DNA of 63,997 nucleotides, filler included, from Sphacelaria rigidula (taxonomy: Eukaryota): the NCBI GenBank assembly GCA_964200075.2. It is 4 parts of 4 records of this genome, joined end to end, with 100 filler letters (N's around TTAATTAATTAA, not from the genome) between each part and the next. Parts side by side here need not be neighbours in the genome. Positions count along the whole stretch, not along the records: positions 16,057 to 32,011 come from CAXNAA020001544.1; positions 32,112 to 48,059 come from CAXNAA020001545.1; 2 more parts are not named here. One strand, written 5' to 3'. Below are positions 22,859 through 35,124 of the stretch, in pieces. The position numbers and the translations under genes are program-made. Position 1 is the stretch's first letter; every line of letters begins with the position of its first letter. The notes beneath the pieces are model-generated. The model ran no database searches. It worked only from the letters and a program-made list of their open reading frames with translations, and was not told where the DNA came from.

Positions 22859-24254
22859 CAGTTGGAGCTCCCGCACTGCCTCTGCTGTAATTTGTTTTGA
22901 GTTACGTTGTGTTCGGACTGCCGAGCTGCCGTGTATACTACACTACCACTGTGTGCCTTGCATGCGGATCTCTTTTGTTTGTTCATCGTCCGGCCGTCTG
23001 TAGCTGTTGCTCTGTCATTTATCCCTGGCGATATGAGTTCAAGGGCCTTCTGATACACTAGACGCTCGCAAATTGCGCCGACTCCGACGCGAACGTACGT
23101 GAGCAATAGCACTTGCCCCCCCACCATCCTCCCCTGCTCGATCTAGCTGCCTATCTGTGGCAACCGCACCAGTAATGATACCCATCTACTCTGTAGCGGA
23201 TGCGAGTCACCATGTAGAGTCCAATTTATACCGTAACTCTCCTGCCCCATTACATTTTTTCCCACATGAGCTGCCCGTACACTATCAGCTACCAACTCTT
23301 TTCTACCACCACCGGCACTGTATCAGCGTGCATCCTTTCGCTACACCCACCCCGCCGCATGTACCGTCGGCCTTTTCTTCTTCAGTAGCTAATGTTGACC
23401 GTCTTTTGCTGTCTCCAGACATACTCACCGTGCAGCACATTTGTTTTGTACCCAACCTGGGTGTTGACTGTACATCACCCGACCCCACCCTGTACAATGT
23501 ACGTGATCCAAACATCCGTGATAACACTACAGTACCACCCTCTTCCCAAGGTCCTGTGTGTGTGAGTTCCAAATGGTCTCGGCGGGCAATATGTTGCGGA
23601 CGGCGAGGTACCGCGGTGTGCATACGTTGTTACTGCTGAACTATCTGAACCTCATCTATATTGCATTGTACATATGAACACGGCGCGGATATAGCGGGTG
23701 TCGGCTGTTCTTCGTGTAATCCGAACTAAGTGACGTCGGTACAGCACCGTTGACCCAACCCTCCGCTACTCCACGCGAAGACCATATGTACTGTAGTGTG
23801 CTACCGTGCATTTCGCTGTCTGGTGCTTTGTATGCTTCTGTTGTACTGCACTACATATTTGTATTACGGTTGCGCTTGTACATTCATTGACTGTTTACCT
23901 GCACGATGATACGTCATCAACCCCCGACTCGGGGCGGTTTTCAGTGAACTACGCGGTACTATAATCATTATCGCCAGCTGCGCTGGTATTGCCTCTAGAC
24001 GCGGCATCCGGTAGTTATATATATTTTTCTCAGCCTCAACGTGTTCTCAAAATAGAACTGAGCGGTTTGACGTTGCTGTTCGCTGCATCCCACACGTCTA
24101 TTCCTTCGTGGCATGCAGGTTTGTTAATGCGCTGTTGCGCTGGTGACAGACACTGTATGTCTGTTGATTGTGACAACCTTCGTTTTCTTGTCTTTTGCTG
24201 TTACAATTTATTTCAATACGCACACACACATACGGTTTGTTGTGTGCCTTCGAC

Positions 24255-24280
24255 ATATATATATATATATATATATATAT
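24255..24280. repeat. (AT)n microsatellite
   Basis: Directly visible. Confidence 0.9.
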
Positions 24281-24974
24281 TTCCCTTTCGTCTGCACCTA
24301 ATTGAAAAGGTGATAGACCGCTACATGTGCGGAGTGCGCGGACCTACATATCGATCGAAAACTGTCGACAGTACCCTGCCACTATGTTTCTTTTATTTTC
24401 GTCCGCTCCGCCTCAGTCCTCAACAACTGTGCTGTCTCCCACGACGAAGCGTCACACTTCTACTTCAAACCCCATTATCAACCACAGGTCCACAGTCGGG
24501 CCCCAGCAACCTTCAACAACAAACCGCGGCAATATATTTTCTTTCACTCAGCCAGTGCACCATCACCACTTAACAAAATCCTCGTCGGCCAGCGTGGGTT
24601 CTCGCTTGTGGTGTGGGTACGCTGGCGTTGACCGTTCTGTCATGACGGGTTCCATGACAGCACAGTCCCATGCAACATTGCATGACTCCCAAATGAGCAA
24701 TGACCAACCCCAGTGTTTTCATACTGGATCTGATCACCCAGTTGTATTTCCGAGTGGTAGTAACGAATGCCAGTTAGATCCGATCGCCCCGCGGAATCGG
24801 CAGTCGTGTAGCGTAGCGCCTACCGCCTTAGAAGCAGGAATATCTTCTGATACGGTAGCTGTTACCACTACGACCGTTCATCGTAGGATGTAACGTTTAC
24901 AGAGACTTCCCAGCCCCGAGAAGGACTCAGGAGTCCAGTCAAACCCGGTAACACCCGCGTGCGAAATTCCGCGG

Positions 24975-27900
24975 GTGCCCGGTCCCCTTTTATTTGGTGA
25001 GCGTAATTTTTCGTGCACTACGCGCGCCAGTGCCTTGCTTTCCGTAGCTCAGCGGGTTGGAAAGGAACCCCAAGCGACAGTGCCGACCAAGCGCCACGCG
25101 TGTAGCCACGAACAGACTGATCTTATCAACTTCCCAAAAGCCCCTGGAACAGCCGGCTCTAGAGTGTGCTATACGCGACACCAGGAGAGGGCTCTTCCGG
25201 ATGAAACTGTAAATAAACCTGTAGTTGCCGCTGCATCCGCCCACCAAGAGGGTGCCCGGGTGCCGGGCACAGCGGATGAAGGCCTTGTCGTAGAACAGGT
25301 CGGTGTTTCCCAGATCCCGATCAGATCAGCACCGCTTCCTGCCGACCCCTCGGAATCTATGTTGGAGAAAAAAGTAGCGTTGACAACTGTTGAGACAGTA
25401 AATCCGCTACGCCCTGCATGTATGTCTCATGGTGCCGGGCAAAACCCGGCTGTGCCGTCAAATTTTCAGTCCAATCAGCACTGTTGCTCCGCTGTTTCTC
25501 ATAGCTTCAAGACATTATTGCAGACATCCACACCCAATTCCTTTTCTAGGCGTCGTGCATCCCTGACTGTGTACGAAATCCAACTTTCGTCTACTGCACC
25601 ACACGCCATGCAAAACCCCCCGTGCCACGACGGCCCTCCGGAAAGAACACTCGTTCCGGAGGATCAATCTCGAGTCTATTTTAGTACCATTGCCCAACCA
25701 CACAAGAGCCATGTGGCTAAAGATCACTTGTCGGAATACGAACCCGACTTGGCAGTTGGAACTGCACTCATGGATGACGCCTCCTTCACAACCCGAATAG
25801 GTATACATAGTGGAGTGCATGCAACACGCCCTTTGATGGCCGTTGCACTGCCCGACGCTGGCTCGCCACAAACGTTCGTCACAGCCAGCTGCTGGCAACA
25901 CATGATGAACGCTGGAGCAGCAGACAAAATGCCTTTCTTCTGTTCACCCTCGTCTTTTTGGTGGAATTGGTGCCTCCACTCCCCTTACGGTTGATCAATT
26001 AGTAAGACTCAGTGTGCAATTCTTCGATGACACGGGTCCCACTGCACGATTAGCTGTGTGAGCATTCATTGTGCCCGATGGTTCCATGTCGGTTGATGTT
26101 CTCTTGGGACGTGATAGCTGGCTACATTTTTCCACACATACATACACGACAAACTTACCTGTTTTGAACCGACCACTGACAGGCAGATTGAAATTAGGAC
26201 ATCATGACGCTGATCCAGGGGCTCAGGCCTATGTCGATGTCCCAACACAAACAGGTGATGCTTTTCGACTGTATTATGTTGGAGACGACGTCGTCTCTCT
26301 GTACCGTGAACCTCAACACATCCATGTGAATCTTGTGAGATGGAACGGATCCCCCGCCGACAGTACTTGGTCGACTTCACCAATCCCAACCAAACCCCAG
26401 ACAGTATTCCCCCCTTTGATCAGACCGATGTATTCGTCCATGAGGGTCGGCAATCCATTCCCCTCACGCCCTCTGCATGTCTCGATGTAATCCCTGATCA
26501 GTTGTTGGGTTTTGCTCAAGCGCCCCTCCTACGGGTAGCCTTGTCGAATGCATGTCTGAAGGTGCCACCGCAAACATCATCAGACAGCTCGGAGACAAAC
26601 GGTTCCACCTCGTTCGACAAGACTGATCCCATGGTTCTAGACGAATCGATTGATACGCCTGACACAAATCCTCCGACTGCCTCACTAGATACATTCTCGC
26701 CAGAGCAACGTGTTAGTTTTCAACGATTATGGGATGAAATTCCCCCCCATTCGAGACACATTGCGTTTGATTTATCTGGTGAGGGTTGGACACCCACGGT
26801 GATCGATCGTTTGCGCTCCATCTTGATACGATACTCTGAACGGGTTTCCAAATCGTCAACAGATTTAGGTCGCTGCAACACTATACCGTTCAAAATCAAC
26901 ATTCCTGATGGTGCGACACCTATCGCCATGCGTCCGTACCATACCAACCCTCTTCTAGAGGGTAAAATTCAAGTAATTCTCGACGAATACTTGTCCGCCG
27001 GGTTGATACGGCACTCAACGTCTCCGTGGGCCTCGCCTTTGGTAGTCGTCCGGAAAAAGAATGGTAAGATCAGACTGAGCGTCAGTTATCAACGATTGAA
27101 CACAGTCACCAAAATCGCACGTCTACCTCTTCTCCAGACAGATGAAATCATCGACTCCCTCGGCGGGGGCAAAGTTTTTTTCGAACTTCGACATGCAGTC
27201 CGGTTACGACCAACTGGTGATGGATCCGCACTCTATCGAGCTGACGGTGTTTTGCACCCCGTCAGGTCTATATGGGTGGCTGGTCACTCCACAAGGTGCC
27301 GCCGGCGCCCCAGGAGCGTTTCAACGTGTGATGTTTCGCGTCATTGATGGACTGTCCAACTGCCGCATGTACCTCGACGATGCGGTGGTTCACGGCAGTA
27401 CACCTGCTGAGCACGTCGAGCATTTGGCGTCCTTCTTTGCTCGTTTTGAACAACACGATTTGAAGCTCGCCCCATCTAAATCCCGCATTGGAGCCACACG
27501 CATCGGGTTCCTAGGCCATTGCATCAGCCCTGAAGGTCGTGGCCCCAACCTCGACAAAGTTGCCGCACTGAGAGAGATGCCCATGCAACGCGATGTCTCT
27601 CAACTGCGCTCTTTACTCGGTGGTTTGAGTTACTACCGCCAGTATCTGCCGAATTTAGCCCAATCTCTAAAACCCCTCACCACCCTCCTCAAGAAGGGGG
27701 TGAAATTCGTGTTCACGTCGGCAATGGAAAAAATTGTACGAGAGCAACTCGACACATTGTCAAAGCCGCCGATTCTGTTTTTTCCAGACTGGTCAGCTGC
27801 GAATGGCTCCCGCCCGTTCCGACTGCACACGGATTTTTCGAAAATTGGGTTTGGCTGCACACTGGAACAGGAACAAGACGATGCTAGTGTTCGCCCCATT

Positions 27901-30900
27901 GTATATCTGAGCCGAACCACCTACCCAAACGAACAGAACTGGTCCGTCATGGAACAAGAAGCCGGTGCAATTGTTTGGGGAGTGCGATGACACCGGCAAT
28001 ATTTGTATGACCTCCCGTTTGTGATTTATACGGATCATAATTCTTTGGAAAACCTCGCCAAAATGGCGGAACACAACGCCCGGGTTCAACGCTGGTTTGA
28101 AATCCTGTCTTCCTACAGCTTCACGTTGAAGTACCGCACGGGTCCCCAAAACGCAAACGCCGACTTCCTGTCATGCTTGCCCTTGCAAGCCCAACCCATC
28201 GACAACTCCGCCATGGGTCGCATCACAGACCCCACCGAAGACATTGTATATTCATAAGCACAAATGGTCATCGCGGACTCTATGCACCACTCTCACTGAA
28301 CCACAACTCGGCACTCGTTGAAAATAAGCTGACGCCTTCGGCTCACGCTTCTGTATTGGGCAGTTTGGCCCCACGATCGTTGTGTTCAGTTAGGAGTGAA
28401 ATTCGTGCAACTACCGGTGGGTATGATCAATTTCGTGCGTCTGGTCATCGGATGGTTTGCACTGTAGAGCCGGTTTCTACTGACGGCGTCCTCCCGGTTC
28501 AAGTCCGAGACCTCATCTCGAGCCGGACCCGAGGACGTCGGGCCGCGGAAACGGCTGCCGCCCTGGCAGCAGCCGACTCAGACCTCCCAACCCCCAACCC
28601 CATTCCAGTCCCCGATAGCCTCCTTGCGCCCCCGCTACCTCCACGGCGCAAAGACCCCAGAAAATCGACACCTTTCAAACCACCTCTGCCCACCATAGTC
28701 GAGACCTCGACTGTGCCTCCTCCACCCCGGGATGGTACCCCCTTCGGTACCACACCATCCGACACCCTCCATAACGTAGGAATAGAGGTGAACGTTCCGT
28801 TTGAGAATACAATGACAACCCCTTCTGCCCTTGATCCAAATAACGCCTCGTGTCCATCCCACAGCGCTTCGATCCCCTGCGTTTTGGACAACCCCCCCGA
28901 CAGTGTTTTCAAGGAACTGACCCTCTTTTATCACGCCGATTGGGCCCGGGAACAGCAAGCTGAACCTGCTTGTAGAGCAGCTATACGTTCTCTATCCAAA
29001 TGGTGCCCCTCCCCCTTTCCAGAAACTGAGTTCCTTCTGCCAGTAGGGCCCCACCGAGCCCCCACACAGGATGAAGTTACTGAATTATCGCGTAAAGGCA
29101 TGCTTTATATGGATGATGATGGCTTTGTTCTTTTAGTTCACCGGCCCCCCACGAACCCTCCTGGAGGGAAATCTACAAGTAGTCACGCCCGTTTGTTGGG
29201 TGATGCCCACGTACGTATTTATGTTCCGATGCTTCTGCGTCCATGGGTTCTCCATGAATGCCACTCACAAGCATCCACACATCTGGTCGTCGCTAGGACC
29301 TCCCAGATGCTTCAGCGTTTTTTTTGGTGGGTTTGTATGGACCAATGTGTGCGTTGGTGGGTTCGGCGGTGTCTTCTTTGCCAAGCACGCAAAACTTCGC
29401 GTCAAGCAGTTAGATGGCCGGTAATCGCTATGCCACTTCCCAATGGGCCTGGTGAAATAGTTTCATGGGACTACTTTGGCTCCCTGCTACTCACTGATAG
29501 TGGTAACAAGTACATTTTGTTGTTTACGGATCGGTTCAGTCGACATGCTGTGATGAATGCTGTCTCGGAGGCCAACTATAGAGCAGAAGGGACTGCCAAC
29601 GTCCTTGTGTACACATACATCCCCCAGTGGAGTGTCCCCAAACGTTTGTTACCCGGTAACGGCCCACATTTTGCCGGCAAAATTTCTGCCGCGATCAGCA
29701 ATCTCCTGGGTGCCCATCGTATTTTTACTAGTTCATACCACCCGCCCACCAACCGTGGGACCGAACGAGTTAATCACACGATGGCGCAAATACTTGCTAC
29801 AGTGACCAATGCGCGACAAACGGACTGGGACCTGCACTTACTGTTACGGATCGCGGCGTGATGCGGTGGAAGAGGGACAGTACAATGATGGGCCGTTGAT
29901 TCGGAACGAAGATACGCGCCCGGAGGGCTGATCGCAGGAACTAGCTAGTACCTGTGGTCAGGGGTGAGGATGTTAAGTAATCCGTCAAGATACGGAGTAC
30001 ATAAAAAAAACATGCCTCTTACATCTAGTTGAATCCGATTCTTCTAAGAATCGGTGCAACGCTGAGATCACCCTGGTGTTCGGAGAAAAACCTCCCAAAG
30101 AACGAAAGAACTCGAATTACCTGAAGCTGTGAGCAAGGATATCCTGACGATCGACGTGTACTGTACTGCGTTGGACTGTCTTCCCACGCGCTGTCAACTG
30201 ACGATTGTGACAAGATTAATGGTGAGACAGTTTGGAGTTTGAATGCCGTCGTAAATGAATGAATACAAACGGACCGGTGCACAAGTGAGTGGCAGTCAAA
30301 TAATAAGTAGAACGAAAGGTCCCACGTGAAACAGTGCAATTCCTTAATCATTGACCGAAGTCTTGTTGTTGGCCTAGATCAGTGATCAACCTGCACTGTA
30401 GAGTTAAGCAAATGTCGACAACAACTGGAGACTGCAGTTTACTTGTATCATTACCCCTTGTCCAAATGAACTACAACAACTCCGTCAATGCCGCCACAGG
30501 CTTGGTTCCCAATGCAGTTCATATTGGTCGTATGCCCAGGTTGCCATTGACAGTGTTCGACAGGAAACCCCCTGGTGGTCATCAGAGTTTGGATCGGGAT
30601 CTTGTGGAGTATCATATGTCTGTTAGTGATCATCATCGTCTTGCATATGAGGTGGTACGGGAGCAGAATTTGATCAACGCAGCAAAGGTAGCTAAGGCAA
30701 ACAGCATGTTGGATGATGCAGTGACCAACCGTCCGGAGTGGAAAGTAGGTGAATGGGCATGCGTGTATAACGATGTGAGAACTGTAACCCAAGGTGCAAG
30801 CTCTGCTAAGTCGTCGTCATCGGATAAGGTGTTGAAGTCGAAGCTTTGCTTGAATTGGACTGGCCCTTGGAAGATTTTGGCAGTTGGGCCATGTGATACC

Positions 30901-31070
30901 GCACCTGACGAACCAGTAGGTGAGGAGCTTTTGTATTTGGATTTTCCCACAGATGAACCTGGCGTCAAACCCAAAAACCGGGTCAAGATGCTTCGGTGCA
31001 AGCTGTGTCTGCCCCCTCACGACACTAGTGATATGCCCAAGCAATTGCCTATGGGGCTCAGTCAGTATGT
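24975..31070 (+). mobile_element. Degenerate Ty3/gypsy pol pseudogene (PR-RT-RNaseH-INT)
   Basis: Protease: ALPDAGSPQTFV and VDVLLGRDSW. RT: SPWASPLVVV, PQGAAGAPGAFQR, YLDD at ~27370. RNaseH: FRLHTDFSKIGFG, IYTDHNSL. Integrase: HECHSQASTHL...CLLCQ, DYFG, FTDRFSR, ERVNHTM. The domain order is gypsy-type. Multiple stops and frameshifts (e.g. 25992, ~27170, 27988). Confidence 0.92.
29842..30450. mobile_element. Solo LTR (609 bp) inserted in the gypsy integrase
   Basis: TGTTAC...GTATCA termini and 4-bp TSD TTAC (29838-29841, 30451-30454). Excision restores the integrase frame DWDLHL-PLVQMNYNNSVNAATG. Confidence 0.88.
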
Positions 31071-31940
31071 AAGGCTGTTCACGTCAACACCCCCCTTGGG
31101 CAGTCGTTTCAGTAGTAGGCTCACGGGAAACCAATATAGACAACGATTCATCCTGTGAGCGGGAATGTCTCTCAAGACCACTCACTTCACTGAACAGGTA
31201 CTGTTGGAGAAAAATCGCACCTGCCCCCCCATAGATAATACATACCAGAACCATATGTGCGCACCTTCTTTCCAAACGTTACAGCACTTCAAAACTCTCT
31301 GTACCTCATTCAAATTCTTGCGCTCGAAGATCCCGATCACCGTTCCAAGATCCAACACCAAGCTCTCTCGGAACTAGAATAAGAATGATATCCATATTTG
31401 GAAATTTGCGAACAGACTCTCACATTTTGCGCTTTTCCATGGTGCAAGCAATACAGTGCACACCGAGTATCGGTTCAGACATGCATCCAACCCTGCAGCA
31501 TGGTACAAAATCAAGACTCTCACGCTCATCTTGCAGTACAGCGTGCGCATATTCAAGTGTACATGCCCTATTTTCCGAACTCCGAGATATCAATATTCCA
31601 AACAGAAGAACAGAGAAACCCTAACGCTCATCTTTCGAAGAACAGCGTGCGCATCATCAGGTACACATGTCCCATTTTCAAATCTCCGAGACATCACAAT
31701 CCGGTGGAGCAATAATTCTCGGTACATACTGTCGATCAACCAGAATTCTACTTAGCAAACAGCGAACCGGCAGAGCGAAGTTTCGCTCAACTGTTTTGAA
31801 CACGCGCAATCAAAAGCACAACATGACTTCACATCCTGCCTCCCACCCTCATTTTTTGCTTTCAAACGGTCTGCGTCTCTCTCTTGCCCCCCTCGTTTCG
31901 GGCTACAGCACTGGGGGGGGGGGGGGGGGGGGGACGCCGG
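31071..31940 (-). mobile_element. Fragment of the same family as the 2605-7091 LTR element
   Basis: Colinear similarity to about 2933-3790: the terminal 19 bp of the LTR (AAGGCTGTTCACGTCAACA), the C-run/PPT and the adjacent internal sequence. Confidence 0.85.
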
Positions 31941-32011
31941 AGCGGGGGGCTGTTTTCCTTTTCCCACACACCTCCGCCAAAAACGGCGCGCAGGAGGTGT
32001 ACTCTCCTCTT

Positions 32012-32111
32012 NNNNNNNNNNNNNNNNNNNNNNNNNNNNNNNNNNNNNNNNNNNNTTAATTAATTAANNNNNNNNNNNNNNNNNNNNNNNNNNNNNNNNN
32101 NNNNNNNNNNN
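32012..32111. other. Artificial contig linker
   Basis: N44-TTAATTAATTAA-N44. Confidence 0.97.
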
Positions 32112-32336
32112 TGGCCCAACTCGTATGGGTCGATGAGATATTGCTTTTAGAGCTTAAATCCGTTTTTAGGCTGGCCCAGCTCGTAGTTGAATTGAATAGT
32201 CAAGTGAAAGCTTCGGAGTTGGGTCATGGTTGGGAGTGCAGCTCCCTTTTTCGTATGCAGTTCTTTCATGAAACGACAGCGCCGATTACACTCCGGGAGA
32301 TTTTAGCGAACGTTTTGCGCCTCTGCTGTGCGTCAG

Positions 32337-33048
32337 GTATCAATGGCGAGCAAGGGTCCCAACACAAACAAGAGTCAATTTTTCATCACCTACACCAGGC
32401 AACCACATCTCAACAACGTCTACACCGTATTTGGCAAGGTAAGTGCCTTTTCTTATACGGGGGCTTACAGAACTTAAAGAACTATTGAGGGAAGTATGAA
32501 AGTCCTACAGAGTTTACAAACTGTCCGGTTTGGTGAATAATCGTAAAAATACCCTGGGTATAAAGAACCGTACCCTACAGAACACAGCCTTGCACCTTTT
32601 GTAGTATATTCGCGGTACGCAATCCTGCCATTCCGATGAACTCCCAGACTTGGGGTATAGTTCCGATCCCCGAGTCCCTAGTATCCGTACATAATTATGA
32701 TGCACTTGCTTTCTCCAGTAGACCGCCACCCGTTGTACAGTAGAGGGGGAGGCGGTCATTGTAGATCGTTCTTCGGGGTAACCTCATCAGATCCGGTTGG
32801 GTGTTGGGAGACGGAAGGGGGATGAAATAGCGCAAAATCGCCTCGGGTTACCGGCTTTCAAAAACGCAGACTTCTGAGCGGTGAAATTGTTGCTCTGTTG
32901 TCATGTTTTCCCACTGCAGTTGATCGATGGGCTCGATGTGCTGGACTCTATGGAGAAGGTGCCCGTGGGCAAGAAGGAGCGACCAGTAACAGATATCCTC
33001 ATCAAAGGCGTCACAATACACGCCAATCCCATTGCAGAGAATGACTGA
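32337..33048 (+). CDS. PPIL3: Cyclophilin-type peptidyl-prolyl isomerase, PPIL3-like (last two exons)
   Basis: Exon 32337-32438: [40 protein letters not shown]. Exon 32920-33048: [42 protein letters not shown]. The VTIHANP C-terminus is typical of PPIL3. Confidence 0.88.
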
Positions 33049-35124
33049 CGAGCTTCATTCAATGCAGGGCGGGGTTGGCATCGTCGATTCGGGGGAGGGG
33101 AGTGTTGGTTATACATGGGTATTACATTTTCGGTTGCATTTCAGCTGTGTGGAGTTGTAGATGAACGTTACTGTTTTCCCATCGTTCCATGAAGTGGAGG
33201 TGACTCGTACTTCGGTCGGCTGTAGGAGTGGGCATGCTAGCATCCACCAACTTTCATCAAAACCATGATAAGAATTTGCACCTCTTCAGTCAGGGGTCTG
33301 TCGAAAATATATTTCGGGACACGTAGGCCCCAAGATCGAAAGGTCGAGTTTTTGAGGGGGGACACCCAGTTCGCTGTCCCCTCGTTTATTGCCGAGGCGT
33401 TGGCGGATGCGGTCAGCTGCCGAGTACAGAGATTCTTCGCATGGAGATCGCTGAGACGACGGACACACGCCCCCCTTTAAGCTCATTACATTCATGGGAA
33501 CATGTTCCGTGTCGTGTGCCTCGACTATTCACTACTAGTAGTCAGGGCACATTAGGCGGGGAGTGAGATGATGTTTCTACTTTGGCTACAACCTGTCGCC
33601 ACCGTGCGCTCGTGTATTGTACAGAGATGTGTGTGACCGTTGCCGGCATCAGAGGTCATCGGGACAGGGCCGGCAAGTAGCAGAGGCAAAATATACGACG
33701 CTCGCGAAGCTCGCCGGACTTGACGTTTTTTGCCAGTGTTTATTGATCAATTCTTTCCAACAATTTCAACGAAAAAATTGAAAAAAATCATTAAAATAAA
33801 TGTAAAAAATCATGACAATTTCCGGAAAAATGTCCCCCGGGAGGGCGGGGGGGGAGGAGCCCCCGTGTCTGAAAAAATTATCTCCACAGACCCTTGCTTC
33901 AGTCCTAAAAAAGCCATTTCCGTTGCACAATGAAACGAAAGGCGCAGACAACGATCCTCATACCCCTCTGGGGAGAAGCGTCTGCGAATACATCAAGAAG
34001 CATGACAACAAAAAATAGCACATAATAGGCGTTGGTCACACACCGCAAAGTATTTACTGTATTTCACCAGCTACGCGCCACCAGGCACATACCCCGTCCA
34101 GATATGTCTACATGTCTCGACATTTGTGACACGAGCATATGCTACGCGGTAGTAACCTATACTAACTGCGGAGCCTCCACGGTCCCTTCCATCTAGTGAT
34201 CGCAAGTGACTGCTCGACATTACAGTATCTATCTCTACATGTACAAAATGTCTCTAAAAAACAAATGAAAAAGCTGACTTCCACACGGCTACACCGGGAG
34301 TGTATCGCACGGCTATGGACGTGTGGGTCTGTCTCACTTCTGTGACAAAATATCCATGTTCGATACATTTTTGAAGTAACGCTAACGCTGACCTCAGCCC
34401 TAACCCCAACCCGAACCGAACGTACACCGAGAACCCTCGGGCAGGGGGGGTGCGAAAAGTCTCCTCGGCAAAGTGTGCGTTAGCAGAACTCAAATCGGCG
34501 CTTGCGGCGCCGATTCGGACAAGAACGCATATTGCACACACCAGAAGCGGTGGGGACTGTCACGCCCACTAGTGATCCGAATCTCGATAACCACGTTCAA
34601 ACCACTATTGATCAACCATGACTATTTTGGCGCCAAAATGGGACAAATTCTACTGGCTATGGACAGGCAACGACGCGGTATCGTCTCCTTGGCTGAGAGG
34701 CCAAGACGGCATGGACGTACCAACTTAGTTCTTCACCTCGAGAAACGAGAAGCTCGGTCATGCCATTTCTCTTCTCGTCTTGTTCGGAGGACAAGCGGGC
34801 TATACTATACGGTTCCCACAGCACAACCATCGAGATTTCAACACTGATCACCACACGCTACAAGATTATCGTCGGCTTGCCAACTTTCACCGTCTACTCT
34901 CTGCCGAAGTCTCTCCGAGTACGCCGTTGATCCCCAACATACGAATTGGTCCATGTGGGGACCACATTTTTGTTAGGGTGCGCCTGTGACTCGCGTAAAC
35001 GATACAAACCACATGACTTTGATTGGGCGATTCAGATCTCGAACTGATGGAGAGGGGCACGGTACGGCAGAAAGGATAAAACACCCACACCGGGCAACAC
35101 CTCCTGCTGTAGAAGGCCCTTCCT

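Noticed and set aside
16062-31070. A single bidirectional retroelement with gag and pol on opposite strands
   Set aside because: Each side encodes its own diverged protease and no enclosing LTR pair is visible; two elements is the simpler reading.
34377-34420. Telomere-like CCCTAA variants
   Set aside because: Only one perfect unit in a short degenerate run; not supportable as an interstitial telomere.
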